NCBI GenBank assembly: GCA_947297555.1 | Contig: CAMYTM010000001.1 | Span: 1 to 43,995 of the forward strand | Length of the DNA: 43,995 nucleotides | Source of the DNA: an uncultured Mycoplasmatota bacterium | Lineage (GTDB): Bacteria > Bacillota_I > Bacilli_A > RF39 > UBA660 | Direction: 5' to 3' | Part shown: positions 18,510-28,600 of the stretch, in pieces | Numbering within the stretch: position 1 is the stretch's first letter | Layout: the number at the start of each line of letters is the position of its first letter | Program-made: the position numbers and the translations under genes | The notes under the pieces: generated by a model | What the model was told of the DNA's origin: nothing | Seen by the model: only the letters and a program-made list of their open reading frames with translations | The model's database searches: none

Positions 18510-19568
18510 ATGAAATATTATTACAAGAAAAAACATGAAAAAAAGCAAGAATGGTTGGCTAGTTATTGGGTAAAACTTACTATGTTTATAATTGATAAAA
18601 TTTTAAAACAAGGAAAGGGAACTTTTAATGTAATTCATTATTTTGGAGATTTTCCAATGACAGTGAATTACGGTTTTGATACAAATTCTTTTTCTCTAGG
18701 ATTTCAAGCACAAGTTGAAGGCTGTGATAGAACTTATAGGCTTAATCCACTATATATTCTTTCTTATTTATTTGAATGTGATGATAAATGTAATTTGGAT
18801 GATTATTATGAAAGTGATGAAATAAAAGAACATGAACCTAGAATAATTCGTTTTATAAGGAAATATAATCCAAGTATTAAAGAAGTATCAAAATTTAGTT
18901 TTGCAAAACAATTACATACAGAATATAGCAATAATAAAGATGTATATTGCAAAGAAACAGGCTCGTTCATTAATACTCCTGAAAATAGAAATATTCTTCC
19001 AAGAGTTGTATATTTAAAATTTATGGCTAATTTAGAACACCAATTATATGATTTGATGTCATGGGATGCAGTTTATAAATATGCTTTAGAATTTTTAAGA
19101 GGAGATGTTGAAACTGGATTGATACCAGTAGAATTTGAACTTAATGGTGAATATAAGTATGGACATAGAAAGGCAACAATTGATTTTAATAATTTATGCC
19201 CAATTTTAACTGAAAGTGGAGAATATTTAATAGAGGAATATATGTGTTCCATTAAACCGAATGATTTTTTTTTAGATATGGTTTCAGAAAAATATCCTAG
19301 TGTCTTAAAAAATCATAGGATTACATTTGAAGAATTTCGAAAAAAAGTTATAGTTTACAATAGAGAACAAGGTAATAAACAGTTTCAAGATTGGTGGAAA
19401 GTTTTTAGGGGGGAAGGGTATCCAATCCCTGTGGGGTTGGGTGGTATTCCTCATCAAGTAATTTGCTATCCATTATTTCCACATATAGATTGTTATTTAG
19501 ATTATTGTGCAAAATTGAATATCCCATTTATAGATAGTGAAGAGAAAGAAAGGGGAAATTCGAGATGA
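18510..19568 (+). CDS. hypothetical protein, no recognisable domain (gene A of a candidate two-gene system)
   Basis: The ATG at 18510 has SD 'gaaggggg' 9 nt upstream (the track start at 18471 lacks an SD). 352 aa. Its stop overlaps the next start (ATGA at 19565-19568). Confidence 0.6.
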   Translation: MKYYYKKKHEKKQEWLASYWVKLTMFIIDKILKQGKGTFNVIHYFGDFPMTVNYGFDTNSFSLGFQAQVEGCDRTYRLNPLYILSYLFECDDKCNLDDYYESDEIKEHEPRIIRFIRKYNPSIKEVSKFSFAKQLHTEYSNNKDVYCKETGSFINTPENRNILPRVVYLKFMANLEHQLYDLMSWDAVYKYALEFLRGDVETGLIPVEFELNGEYKYGHRKATIDFNNLCPILTESGEYLIEEYMCSIKPNDFFLDMVSEKYPSVLKNHRITFEEFRKKVIVYNREQGNKQFQDWWKVFRGEGYPIPVGLGGIPHQVICYPLFPHIDCYLDYCAKLNIPFIDSEEKERGNSR

Positions 19569-21022
19569 ATTTTGATTTATATAAAGGATATCGTGGTTTA
19601 TTAGATAAGTCTTTAAATGGACAAAAAGTAACTTTAAATGAACTTAGGAAGTTTTTTCAAAAGGCTAATTTTGGTGGAAAGTTTTATCTTCAAGCCTTAG
19701 TAGTTAATCATTTAATGTTTCTAAACGGAGATAGGAATTTTAATGATTTTTCGTTGTTATATAGTTGTTTTGAAGAATCTATAAAATTTTGTTATGAAAA
19801 AGAAGATACTTTAGAAGAAATTAAAGGTTTAAAGGAGTTAAATTCTTCAAAAATAGGTAGTTTGTTTGCTGAGTTTTTATTTTCAGGATATCTTCCAATG
19901 CTATTTTATTTAGATACATACGGCATTATTTCTAAAATACCAACAAATGGTTTTATAGTAGATAATTATATGCGTCCAATAAATACAAGAGTGTTATTTG
20001 AAAATGCAACAAAAAATGATAAATCTTTGAAATTCAATGAGTTTATAAATATGATGTTTATGTATTTTTCTGAAAATCTTGATAATAGTATAATTAAAAT
20101 TAATTCTTCAGGAGAGTATCGTAATATTATACAAGTTTGTGACAAAAATTATAATTATCAAGCAACTATAAAGTCAGATGAAAAACCACCAGTTGGAACA
20201 TTTATAAAAGATAAGAAATACATTGTTAATCCTGCAGTAGGAAGAGCACAAGAAAAAAGAAGCATGGAAATTTCGCTTTTAATGCCTGAAACATCTTCTA
20301 TTTTGGTTGGGCCTGCTGGTGTAGGAAAAACTGCTATTGTTGAAGGATTGAATTATGATATTCAAAATGGTAAGATTACAAATCGCTTAAAAGATAGGCA
20401 AATATTAATGACCTCTAGTACTGAATTAGTTTCAGGCTGTTCTTTGGTAGGACAATTAGAAGATAGATTTTTAAAATTATGTCAATATGTAAAAAGACAT
20501 CCAGAAGTACTTGTGTATATTGATGAAATACACACTTTGATTGGTGGCGGTAGAGGAAGCGGCTCTACAAATGAACTTTCTAATATGATGAAACCATATC
20601 TTTCAAGTGGAGAACTACAATTAATTGGTGCTACTACTAAAGAAGAATATGAAAAATATTTTTTAGGGGAATCTGCTTTCAGAAGAAGATTTGAACCGAC
20701 TATGATAGATGAACCAGATGAAGAAACTTTAAAATGGATTTTATCAAATTGTGTTGAAAAACTTACAAAACAAACTGGAATATCTTTTGAAAGACCAGAA
20801 GAAATGGAAATATGTTTAGCAAAAATTATAGAATATTCTAATGCTGAATTTAGAAATAAAGAAGATTATCGTTATAATCCAGCACTTGCAATAAATATTT
20901 TGAAGAGAATATTTGCTACTGCTGAATATAATACTCATCAATTTATTGGAAAAGATGATATTGCTATTGGTATAAATGATTGCAGTTATACACTTGCACG
21001 AGTAGATAGCAAAAAGTTATAA
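19565..21022 (+). CDS. stand-alone Clp/Hsp100 D1-like AAA+ ATPase with unknown ~235-aa N-terminal domain (gene B)
   Basis: 'VGRAQEKRSMEISLL...ILVGPAGVGKTAIVEGL', 'VYIDEIHTLIGGG', 'LQLIGATTKEEYEKYF...AFRRRFEP' are colinear with the ClpA/ClpB/ClpC D1 module. There is no second AAA module and no Clp_N domain. Confidence 0.75.
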   Translation: MNFDLYKGYRGLLDKSLNGQKVTLNELRKFFQKANFGGKFYLQALVVNHLMFLNGDRNFNDFSLLYSCFEESIKFCYEKEDTLEEIKGLKELNSSKIGSLFAEFLFSGYLPMLFYLDTYGIISKIPTNGFIVDNYMRPINTRVLFENATKNDKSLKFNEFINMMFMYFSENLDNSIIKINSSGEYRNIIQVCDKNYNYQATIKSDEKPPVGTFIKDKKYIVNPAVGRAQEKRSMEISLLMPETSSILVGPAGVGKTAIVEGLNYDIQNGKITNRLKDRQILMTSSTELVSGCSLVGQLEDRFLKLCQYVKRHPEVLVYIDEIHTLIGGGRGSGSTNELSNMMKPYLSSGELQLIGATTKEEYEKYFLGESAFRRRFEPTMIDEPDEETLKWILSNCVEKLTKQTGISFERPEEMEICLAKIIEYSNAEFRNKEDYRYNPALAINILKRIFATAEYNTHQFIGKDDIAIGINDCSYTLARVDSKKL

Positions 21023-21126
21023 TATGTCTGAAAACTAACTTTAAGACAAGTTAGTAACACACTATGATATTGACAAGCCAATAACGAGATGTGCAAAGGG
21101 AGATACCCTTTTGAACCCCCTTTTAA

Positions 21127-21170
21127 GCAATAACTAAACAAGCTTTCGCAAGTAAAGTTATTGCCTTTTT
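21127..21170 (+). terminator. terminator-like hairpin downstream of the AAA+ gene
   Basis: Stem 'gcaataact' (21127-21135) / 'agttattgc' (21156-21164) followed by 'cttttt'. Confidence 0.4.
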
Positions 21171-21298
21171 ATTTGTATAAATACAAATAAAAAGAAAAAA
21201 GACTATCGCCAATAACACTAGCTAAAGCAACAAAACTTGCCCCGTCTTTTTTATGAAAATAACCTTAATGCTAAAGTCTAACGACTAAAGCAAAAAGG

Positions 21299-21907
21299 TT
21301 ATTTTTCTTCTTCTATAATGTTTCCTGTTAAGGTATTATATTTAACATTAGATTCAATTTTCATTTTTGGAAATACACCACTATCATATTTAGGATATTT
21401 ATCCTTATCTAATTTTTCTAAGTTAGGTCTAATTAAAGTCATAACTTCCTTTAGGTTATCTAAAATCTCATCCATAGAAATTTTTTCTCTTTTTTCAATT
21501 TTAGATAATTCTATTTTATCAATTATATCAGCTATAATGCCTTTACAAGCAAAAGCATTTTTTCTTCTTTCTTCTATATCTTCTAAAACATCAAAATAAA
21601 ATTTTTCATAAGATTTAATTTGTTCTTGATAATCAGCAGTACTTCTTTTTTCGGATAGATCCATACCCCAATTAATATCTATATCATTATATCCTGAGAG
21701 TTCCATTAATTTTACTAAACTTAAATTTAAGTTTTCAGCAATTCCTTTTAAATATAAAACATTTGGCTTTAATCTTTTTCCTGCTTCAATTCTTGATACT
21801 TCAGCACAATCCATATTAGATTTACGAGCAAGTTCTCTTTGCGAGATACCAAGTTTTTCTCTTGCTTCACTTATTGTTTTTCCAAGTTCAGTAGTATTTT
21901 TCTTCAT
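21299..21907 (-). CDS. XRE-family HTH regulator with unknown C-terminal domain
   Basis: An internal ATG at 21907 with SD 'aagaggtg' gives 202 aa beginning 'MKKNTTELGKTISEAREKLGISQRELARKSNMDCAEVSRIEAGKR' (HTH_XRE). The longer track ORF would run through the divergent promoter. Confidence 0.75.
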   Translation of the reverse strand: MKKNTTELGKTISEAREKLGISQRELARKSNMDCAEVSRIEAGKRLKPNVLYLKGIAENLNLSLVKLMELSGYNDIDINWGMDLSEKRSTADYQEQIKSYEKFYFDVLEDIEERRKNAFACKGIIADIIDKIELSKIEKREKISMDEILDNLKEVMTLIRPNLEKLDKDKYPKYDSGVFPKMKIESNVKYNTLTGNIIEEEK

Positions 21908-21989
21908 TAATAAATACACCTCTTTTTCTTTTGTTAAAGAAAGTATAACATATTGTGCTGTAAAAATCAACAATTTAGTAATTATTATG

Positions 21990-22018
21990 TTGACAAACTC
22001 AATATACGATGTTATACT
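21990..22018 (+). promoter_or_regulatory. sigma-A promoter driving the rightward module of element 1
   Basis: TTGACA (21990-21995), 17 nt, TATACT (22013-22018). A leader hairpin 'ttttgatg-taaaact-catcaaaa' follows at 22028-22050. Confidence 0.55.
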
Positions 22019-22060
22019 AGCCTCAGTTTTTGATGTAAAACTCATCAAAAGAAAGGAGGA

Positions 22061-22324
22061 ATGCTTATAAGGAAGTTTAAGATACAAGAGAGCGTTTGGA
22101 AAGATAAAAGAATTCCAAAGGAAGCCAAGTATATTTACTCTTATATTTATTCAAAAGGATTTGTGAGAATCATAACTGATATAAATATAGGAGAAATACA
22201 ACAAACTATTAAAATTAAAAACAAAGGCTTACAAAATAATCTTGAGATATTAGAGCAATACAAATATCTAATCTACCAAGAATATGCTAATGGGATGTAC
22301 ACAATAAATCTACTAGGGTGTTAA
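22061..22324 (+). CDS. small hypothetical protein (possible winged-helix)
   Basis: 87-aa ORF divergent from the XRE gene. GGAGG lies only 1 nt from the ATG, so the start is uncertain. Confidence 0.45.
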   Translation: MLIRKFKIQESVWKDKRIPKEAKYIYSYIYSKGFVRIITDINIGEIQQTIKIKNKGLQNNLEILEQYKYLIYQEYANGMYTINLLGC

Positions 22325-22530
22325 ATAACTCCTAGTAGATAAGGTACAGTAAGATTAAAGGCTTATGTTAGTACTTATTCTATAAAGAATATAGAATGAA
22401 CTTTGAAATAATCCGAAGGAAAGGATTTAAAATAATGTTCCAGGGGTTTTTATACCCAAAATTACGAATTGCTAGAGAATATTGGTATGGCTTTAAAGGC
22501 ATTTTATCGCAGTTCCTAGAATAGTATTAA

Positions 22531-22962
22531 GTGACCAAACTTGTTCGCAGGAAGGATAAATTAGTGTATGGAATCATTAATTCATTATCAAATAAGAAAG
22601 AATATTGCTATGCTAGTAATCATTATTTTTCTAAAGTGTTAGGTGTGTGTACAAAAACAATTTCTAATTCTATTCAAAATTTAGCGAGTAGGAATTATAT
22701 TTATATTAAATATGTGGATAACCAAAGACAAATTTATATAAATGAAGAGATTGTTAGAGAAGAAAATGCTAAGGTAGTAGAAAAGAAGTTCTATGATAAC
22801 ATAGAAAGAAATTGCCAATATAAAAGAAAAGAATTTATAAAAGATAATAAAAATAAGAATGATGTTCCTTATTGGTTAGAACATTCGGAAGTTTGTAAAA
22901 GTGAAGAAATGAGTTTAAACGATAAGGGAGAATTAGAAAGTATTATGAAAAAATATAAGTAA
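22531..22962 (+). CDS. helix-turn-helix protein, paralogue of 35808-36338
   Basis: 'EYCYASNHYFSKVLGVCTKTISNSIQNLASRNYIYIKY' aligns with 'GYCWATNDFFSDRFNVSKQTISKSISSLSNYGYIVLKY' in element 2. GTG start. It lacks about 20 N-terminal residues relative to the paralogue. Confidence 0.6.
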   Translation: MTKLVRRKDKLVYGIINSLSNKKEYCYASNHYFSKVLGVCTKTISNSIQNLASRNYIYIKYVDNQRQIYINEEIVREENAKVVEKKFYDNIERNCQYKRKEFIKDNKNKNDVPYWLEHSEVCKSEEMSLNDKGELESIMKKYK

Positions 22963-23040
22963 AATAAGGAGGATTGATACATGGTTAAATTTTACGGAGG
23001 ATTCTATTTATAATTAGAATAATAAAGGGGGTTATATAAT

Positions 23041-23187
23041 ATGGAGGTAAAATACAATGTAACATTTAAAACAAAAGATAATGTAATCGTAACAGATGAA
23101 GAATTAGAAAATATTATTACTAGAAAATTACTTAAGGTAATACTTAACTTGGAAAATAGCAATATACAGGCTGTAAATAATTCTTAA
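23041..23187 (+). CDS. small ORF (48 aa) upstream of recombinase 1, candidate accessory/directionality factor
   Basis: Not in the ORF track. SD 'aaggggg' then ATG at 23041. 'MEVKYNVTFKTKDN...LENIITRKLLKVILN' is similar to the small ORFs at 40933 and 36380. Confidence 0.55.
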   Translation: MEVKYNVTFKTKDNVIVTDEELENIITRKLLKVILNLENSNIQAVNNS

Positions 23188-23250
23188 GTTAGAGTATAAT
23201 ACACTTATAGATTTAGATTGTTTATTGCAACTAGAGAGTAGGTGCAGTAA

Positions 23251-24849
23251 ATGGAAAAGGTAGGTGTATATTGTAGACTATCTGATGAAGATAGAAACAA
23301 AAAAAATAAAAATGATGATAGTGAATCTATTGCTAATCAAAAAAGTATGCTTTTAAAATATGCTCTTGAACAAGGTTGGGAAATTGTTGATATTTATTCA
23401 GATGATGATTTTTCGGGAGCAGGTACCTTTAGACCTGATTTTGAAAGAATGATTAAAGATTGTGAAAATGGAAGAATTAATATAGTTCTTTGTAAAACAC
23501 AAAGTCGTTTTTCAAGAGATATGGAAGTGATTGAGAAATATCTTCATAATAAGTTTGTTGAGTGGGGTGTAAGGTTTGTTAGTATTGTAGATAATGCTGA
23601 TACTAACAATGAATCCAATAAAAAATCAAGACAAATTAATGGACTTGTAAATGAATGGTATTTGGAAGATTTATCAAATAATGTTAAGAAGTCATTAAAA
23701 AATAAACGAGATGATGGACTTTATATGGGAAGTTTTGCTCCCTATGGTTATTTGAAAGACCCAAATAATAAACACAAGTTAATGGTTGATGAAGATGTTG
23801 CTTATATTGTTAGAGAGATATTCCAAAAATATAAAGATGGGATAGGGTATCATAAAATTGCTATGGACTTAAATGCAAGAGGAATATTGTGTCCTTCACT
23901 TTATAAAAAATCAATAGGAAGTAATTTTATTTGTGCTAATCGCCAAGGTACAGGGACTTGGACTTCTGATACTATTGCTAAAATTTTAAAAAATGAAACT
24001 TATATAGGTAAGCTAGTACAGGGAAAAAGAACAAGTGTTAGTTACAAGAATCACAAGTCAAAAAAAGTGCCAAAAGATAAATGGTCGGTTACGGAAAATG
24101 CTCACGAGCCAATTATTGATAAAGAAACTTGGTATTTAGTACAAAAAAGATTAGGCAAAAATGAGTGTCCATCTAAAAATGGCGAAATTCATATGTTAAG
24201 TCAAAAAGTTTATTGTGCTGATTGTGGAAAAATTTTTATGAAAAATGTATTTAATGTAAGTAGTAAAGGAAATACAAAAGTAAAAAAGGCTTATCTTCAA
24301 TGTAAGGGACATAAAAAGTATCATGTTTGCGATAATAATAAATCTTTTCGTTTAGATATATTGGAAGAGTATTTGTTAAATGCAATTAATGAGCTACTAA
24401 AAAAATGTAATGAAGAACTTTTGAAAAATGAATTTACAAAAGAAATGGATAGGAAGTCTAATCAAGATATAAGAATCACAAATCTGAATAAAGAAAAAGC
24501 AAGTTTTGAGAAAAAATTAAGTGAGAGTAAATTGTATTTTAAGACTTTGTACGAGGATAAGTTAAAAGGTGTTATTACGGAAGAAGATTTTACAATGTTA
24601 CGAGGCGAGTACTCAAAAGATGTAGAAAGTTATCAACTAAGACTTGAAGAGATTAACATTGAACTTGATGAGATGAATACAAGAAAAGATAATTCAAAAG
24701 ACATTGAGAGCATACTTAAGAAATATAAACATATTGATAAACTTAATAAAATAATTGTAGATGAGTTTGTAGAAAAAATCTATATAGGAACTTTAGATAA
24801 AGAAACAAAATCAAGAGAAATTCGGATTGAATGGAACTTTGATTTATAA
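23251..24849 (+). CDS. large serine recombinase (element 1)
   Basis: 532 aa. Resolvase-type N-terminus 'VGVYCRLSDED' (catalytic Ser), recombinase domain 'APYGYLKDPNNKHKLMVDE', Cys-rich zinc ribbon 'YCADCG...LQCKG' and a C-terminal coiled coil. Confidence 0.9.
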   Translation: MEKVGVYCRLSDEDRNKKNKNDDSESIANQKSMLLKYALEQGWEIVDIYSDDDFSGAGTFRPDFERMIKDCENGRINIVLCKTQSRFSRDMEVIEKYLHNKFVEWGVRFVSIVDNADTNNESNKKSRQINGLVNEWYLEDLSNNVKKSLKNKRDDGLYMGSFAPYGYLKDPNNKHKLMVDEDVAYIVREIFQKYKDGIGYHKIAMDLNARGILCPSLYKKSIGSNFICANRQGTGTWTSDTIAKILKNETYIGKLVQGKRTSVSYKNHKSKKVPKDKWSVTENAHEPIIDKETWYLVQKRLGKNECPSKNGEIHMLSQKVYCADCGKIFMKNVFNVSSKGNTKVKKAYLQCKGHKKYHVCDNNKSFRLDILEEYLLNAINELLKKCNEELLKNEFTKEMDRKSNQDIRITNLNKEKASFEKKLSESKLYFKTLYEDKLKGVITEEDFTMLRGEYSKDVESYQLRLEEINIELDEMNTRKDNSKDIESILKKYKHIDKLNKIIVDEFVEKIYIGTLDKETKSREIRIEWNFDL

Positions 24850-24907
24850 AATATAACCTATAATTTTAGCAAAAGAAGTAATTTTTGGGGAATTCAGTTT
24901 CAAGCCA

Positions 24908-25139
24908 TGGTGGTACTGACCCTGGGACTATTGCAAATGGAATAACAGAAAAAGAATATACATTAAAGATAAGTGAATATATTCATAATCGTTTGGATGA
25001 TTTAGGAATCGAAAATAGTATGACAAGAACTACAGATGAAACTTTATCTCCTGATGTTAGACCAGGTAGAGCACAGAGTTTTTATGGAAAGGGTAATGAT
25101 GTGATTCTTGTGTCTAATCATATAAATGCAGGAGGAGGT
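24908..25139 (+). CDS. split Amidase_3/LysM gene, segment 2 of 4
   Basis: 'GGTDPGTIANGITEKEYTLKISEYIHNRLDDLGIENSMTRTTDE...VILVSNHINAGGG' is the central Amidase_3 domain. The track ORF 24885-25169 is this segment plus element-derived head and tail. Confidence 0.85.
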
Positions 25140-25196
25140 AATAATCATTGTGTAACAAAGTATGTATAACAATTAAAGCCGAAAATATAATAAGAA

Positions 25197-25544
25197 ATGA
25201 GGATTAGTTATAATATGAGTTACCCAAAAGAAAATGAAATAATGAATGGAGATATATCTGATGAAGAATTTAATGAGAAATATTTGCCATTTTATGATAA
25301 TTTCAATGATTATATGGTTGGGTTTGTAATACCAGATGCAGTAGCATTTTATATTGTAAATAGCTATTTAAGAGGATGCTTAGTTGATAGTAAATTATAT
25401 AATCATATTAATTCTGCAGTAGATATTTTTAATTATAGATGTGATATAGATGTTATAATTCCATCTATAGAAAAGATATTAAACATAAAATATAATCTTA
25501 AAATTACTGGAAGAAATCCATTAAAACTAGAAAAATATTATTAA
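25197..25544 (+). CDS. hypothetical small protein
   Basis: 115-aa ORF. The ATG at 25215 has a better SD ('gagga'). No recognisable domain. Confidence 0.45.
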   Translation: MRISYNMSYPKENEIMNGDISDEEFNEKYLPFYDNFNDYMVGFVIPDAVAFYIVNSYLRGCLVDSKLYNHINSAVDIFNYRCDIDVIIPSIEKILNIKYNLKITGRNPLKLEKYY

Positions 25545-25611
25545 AAATTTAGCACTGTCAACATTGATGGTGCTTTTTTGTATGGTATAATAATTTAAGA
25601 GAGGTGGTAGT

Positions 25612-28600
25612 ATGAAACCAGAAGAATATTATAAGGTAATAAGTGATGAGCTGGCTAAAATTAAAGTGTTAATTGACACAGAAAACAGTATAAATTTGCT
25701 CGATAAAAACATTTTTTTAGAGGATATACTAGCTAATATACTAAATATCATATATGGTTTATCTCTGGTTAATACGAATTTTAATATTAGTAACTATCCA
25801 TCTATTGACTTAAAAGATGAAATTAATAAAACTGCTGTTCAAGTCACTACAAATGTTACTAGGATTAAAGTTCAAAATACGTTGGATACTTTTTTTAAAA
25901 AAGGATATGATAAAACTTTTGATAGGTTGTTTATTGTTGTGTTTGATAATCATTCTTACAGAGGAGAGTTTATTTTATCAAGTAAATTTAATTTTAACAA
26001 GGACGATAACATAATTACTTACGAAAAACTATTAAAAATTATTAAATCTTTAGCTGACGATAAATTAAAAAGAATATATGACTATATTGATATAGCATTA
26101 AAGGAAAACATTTATAATTTATACTGGATGAAAAAAAATACAATTAAATCATTAAATAATTTGGACAAAAGATACAATAGAAAGCTAAATGTTTTTAATG
26201 AAGAAACAAATAAAATTAAGATGTTTTTTTCCCAAGAAGATTGCAAAAAAGAAATAATTAACATGATAGAAGCAATAATTATCCTTATTGAAAATAATGA
26301 TATTAAAACGAATTTTAAAATTAATGAAATAGTTAATGATTTTACATTAATTACAATAAATGAAAAATTAGAAGCATTATCTAGACTAGAGAAATCAGTA
26401 TGTAAAAACTTTGAAGAGAAAGGAAATGATTATTATGATTATAATAAAATACATAATTTTGAAACAGAATATTATTTGTTACTTGAAAAATTAAACAATT
26501 TAATAGCATTATATTTTTCAAAAGTTATTATATATAGTGGAGTAGCTGGTATTGGTAAAAGCCATACATTAGCATCCTTTGTTAACGAAGACTATATCTC
26601 TAAAAATTTTCCTGCATTATTAGTATTGGGACAAGATTTTAGTGATGGTAGCAATATAGAAAACCAATTTTGTGAAATAACATCTGGGAAAAATAATTTT
26701 GATGAATTGTTATTTTATTTAAATGAGTTAGGAAGAGTAAGAAACATTATAGTACCCATAATTATTGATGGTTTAAACGAAAGTAATGATAATAGTATAT
26801 GGAAAAAGGGATTAAATAATTTTATTAATGAAGTAGTAAAATATTCAAATTTAAAATTAGTATTATCTGTTAGGGAAACATATTTTGAATTCTGTATTCC
26901 AGAAGAAGTAAAGAATAGAAATGGAATTTTGGTATATAATCATGAAGGTTTTAATGGTAATAGTATAAAAGCTATAGAGGAATTTTTTGAATTTTATGGC
27001 ATTGATATTCCTATATTTCAAATTATACATAATGAATTTAAAAATCCATTGTTTTTAACAACATATTGTAATATTGTCAGCAAGTATAATATACAGATAA
27101 ATGAAAATGAATATAAAAATTTTATACAAATATTTCAAATGTACTTATATAAAATAAATGAAATATTTGTTGAAAAGTACAATTTATTAAATAAACCTAA
27201 TATTATTAAAGAAGTTTTGAATAACTATATACAAAAATGGGTAGAAAATAATAAATCTATAACTGAGAAAGAGTTTTTAACTCTTCTTAGTGAAATTAGT
27301 GAATTATATGATATAAGTAAAAGAGAAATACTTAACTTTGTTATTGAAAATGGATTGTTTTATAAGGAGAGACGATTTAATGAAGAAATTATTGTATTCA
27401 CATATGAAAGATATGAAAAAATCTGTTTAGCAATGTATTTATTAGAATCTATAAATTCAATTGATGAATTAAAACAATCAATAAATGATGGATTATTAAA
27501 AGAATATGTTGATTCATCAGATAAATTTGATAATGGAATATTAGAGGAATTGATAAATATTATTCAGGAAGATTTTAAAGTTGATTTTGTTAGTATTATT
27601 TCTTTTGACAAAATTAAATTTGACTATTTTATTAAAAAAGATTATATAAAAAGCCTTTTATGGTTCAAGGGACAATATGACATAAATATCATTATAAATA
27701 ATATAAAAGAATTATATAAAGATGAAGATTATGCTAATGAAATTATTGATGTATTCATAAAAATGTCATATTTAGAAACTAATCCATTAAATATAAAAAT
27801 ATTAAATGAATATATGTTAAAGTTATCAATGCCACAACTAGATTATAATTGGTCTATAGTTATAGATTCTTATTATTCTGATTTTAAAAAAGAATCAATT
27901 GATAATATTATTAATTATTGCTTAAATTATGGTAGTGAATATTTGAATGATAATACTATATATTTATTATCAGTATTATTTAGTTGGCTTTTAAGTTCAT
28001 CAAATAGATATTTAAGGGATATATCAACTAAATCCTTAACTAAATTATTATTAAATAATCATAAAGTATCTGTAGAATTACTTAAGAATTTTAAAAATGT
28101 TAATGATATGTATGTGTTGGAAAGAATAGTAGCAGCAATATATGGAAGTATAATAAGAAGTTCTAATAGTAATAATATTGAAGAATTATCTCATGAACTT
28201 TATAATGTAATTTATAAAAATGAAAAACCTATTGATAATGTAGTAATAAAAGTATACTCAAGAAAAATTTTTGCTTATATGAAAGAAAAATATCAGATAA
28301 GTCTTTATGACAATATAGAAAATGAAGCCAAATCAGAATGGTATCAACATCTACCTACTAATGATGAAATTGATAAATATGATGTTGATTATAAAGATGA
28401 GAATGTTGATAAAAGAAAATATTCTAATTCTGCAATAATTCATTCTATGGTAACTGAATATGGTAGAGGAACTAGTGCTTATGGAGATTTTGGAAGATAT
28501 GTATTAGGGTATTTTTTAAATCCATTTGCGTATGTGGTAGAAGATGTACAATTATTAGCAAATAAGGCAACAGAAAGAGTTTTTGACTATGGATATGATT

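Larger units (their letters stand above)
13159..24907 (+). mobile_element. Element 1: 11,749-bp integrative (mobilizable) element with large serine recombinase, inserted in the amidase gene
   Basis: Shared CA dinucleotide at 13157-13158 and 24906-24907. Joining the ends gives TTGGGGAA-N13-CA-N13-TTCCCCAA. Deletion restores 'IDPGH|GGTDPG' in frame. Recombinase gene at the right end. Confidence 0.85.

Noticed and set aside
22435-22530. A frameshifted N-terminal extension of the 22531 HTH gene ('MFQGFLYPKLRIAREYWYGFKGILSQFLE').
   Set aside because: Beyond a vague 'GF..P' resemblance to N-termini of related HTH proteins, the peptide does not align with the element-2 paralogue's N-terminus. The evidence is too thin to call a pseudogene.
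24885-25169. Track ORFs 24885-25169 (94 aa) and 39244-39624 (126 aa) as independent small amidase-like genes.
   Set aside because: They lack SD sequences and proper starts. Their heads and tails are element-derived read-through ('MGNSVSS', 'NNHCVTKYV', 'IFMGNNE'). Their cores are contiguous parts of a single Amidase_3 domain, so they are gene fragments created by insertion.
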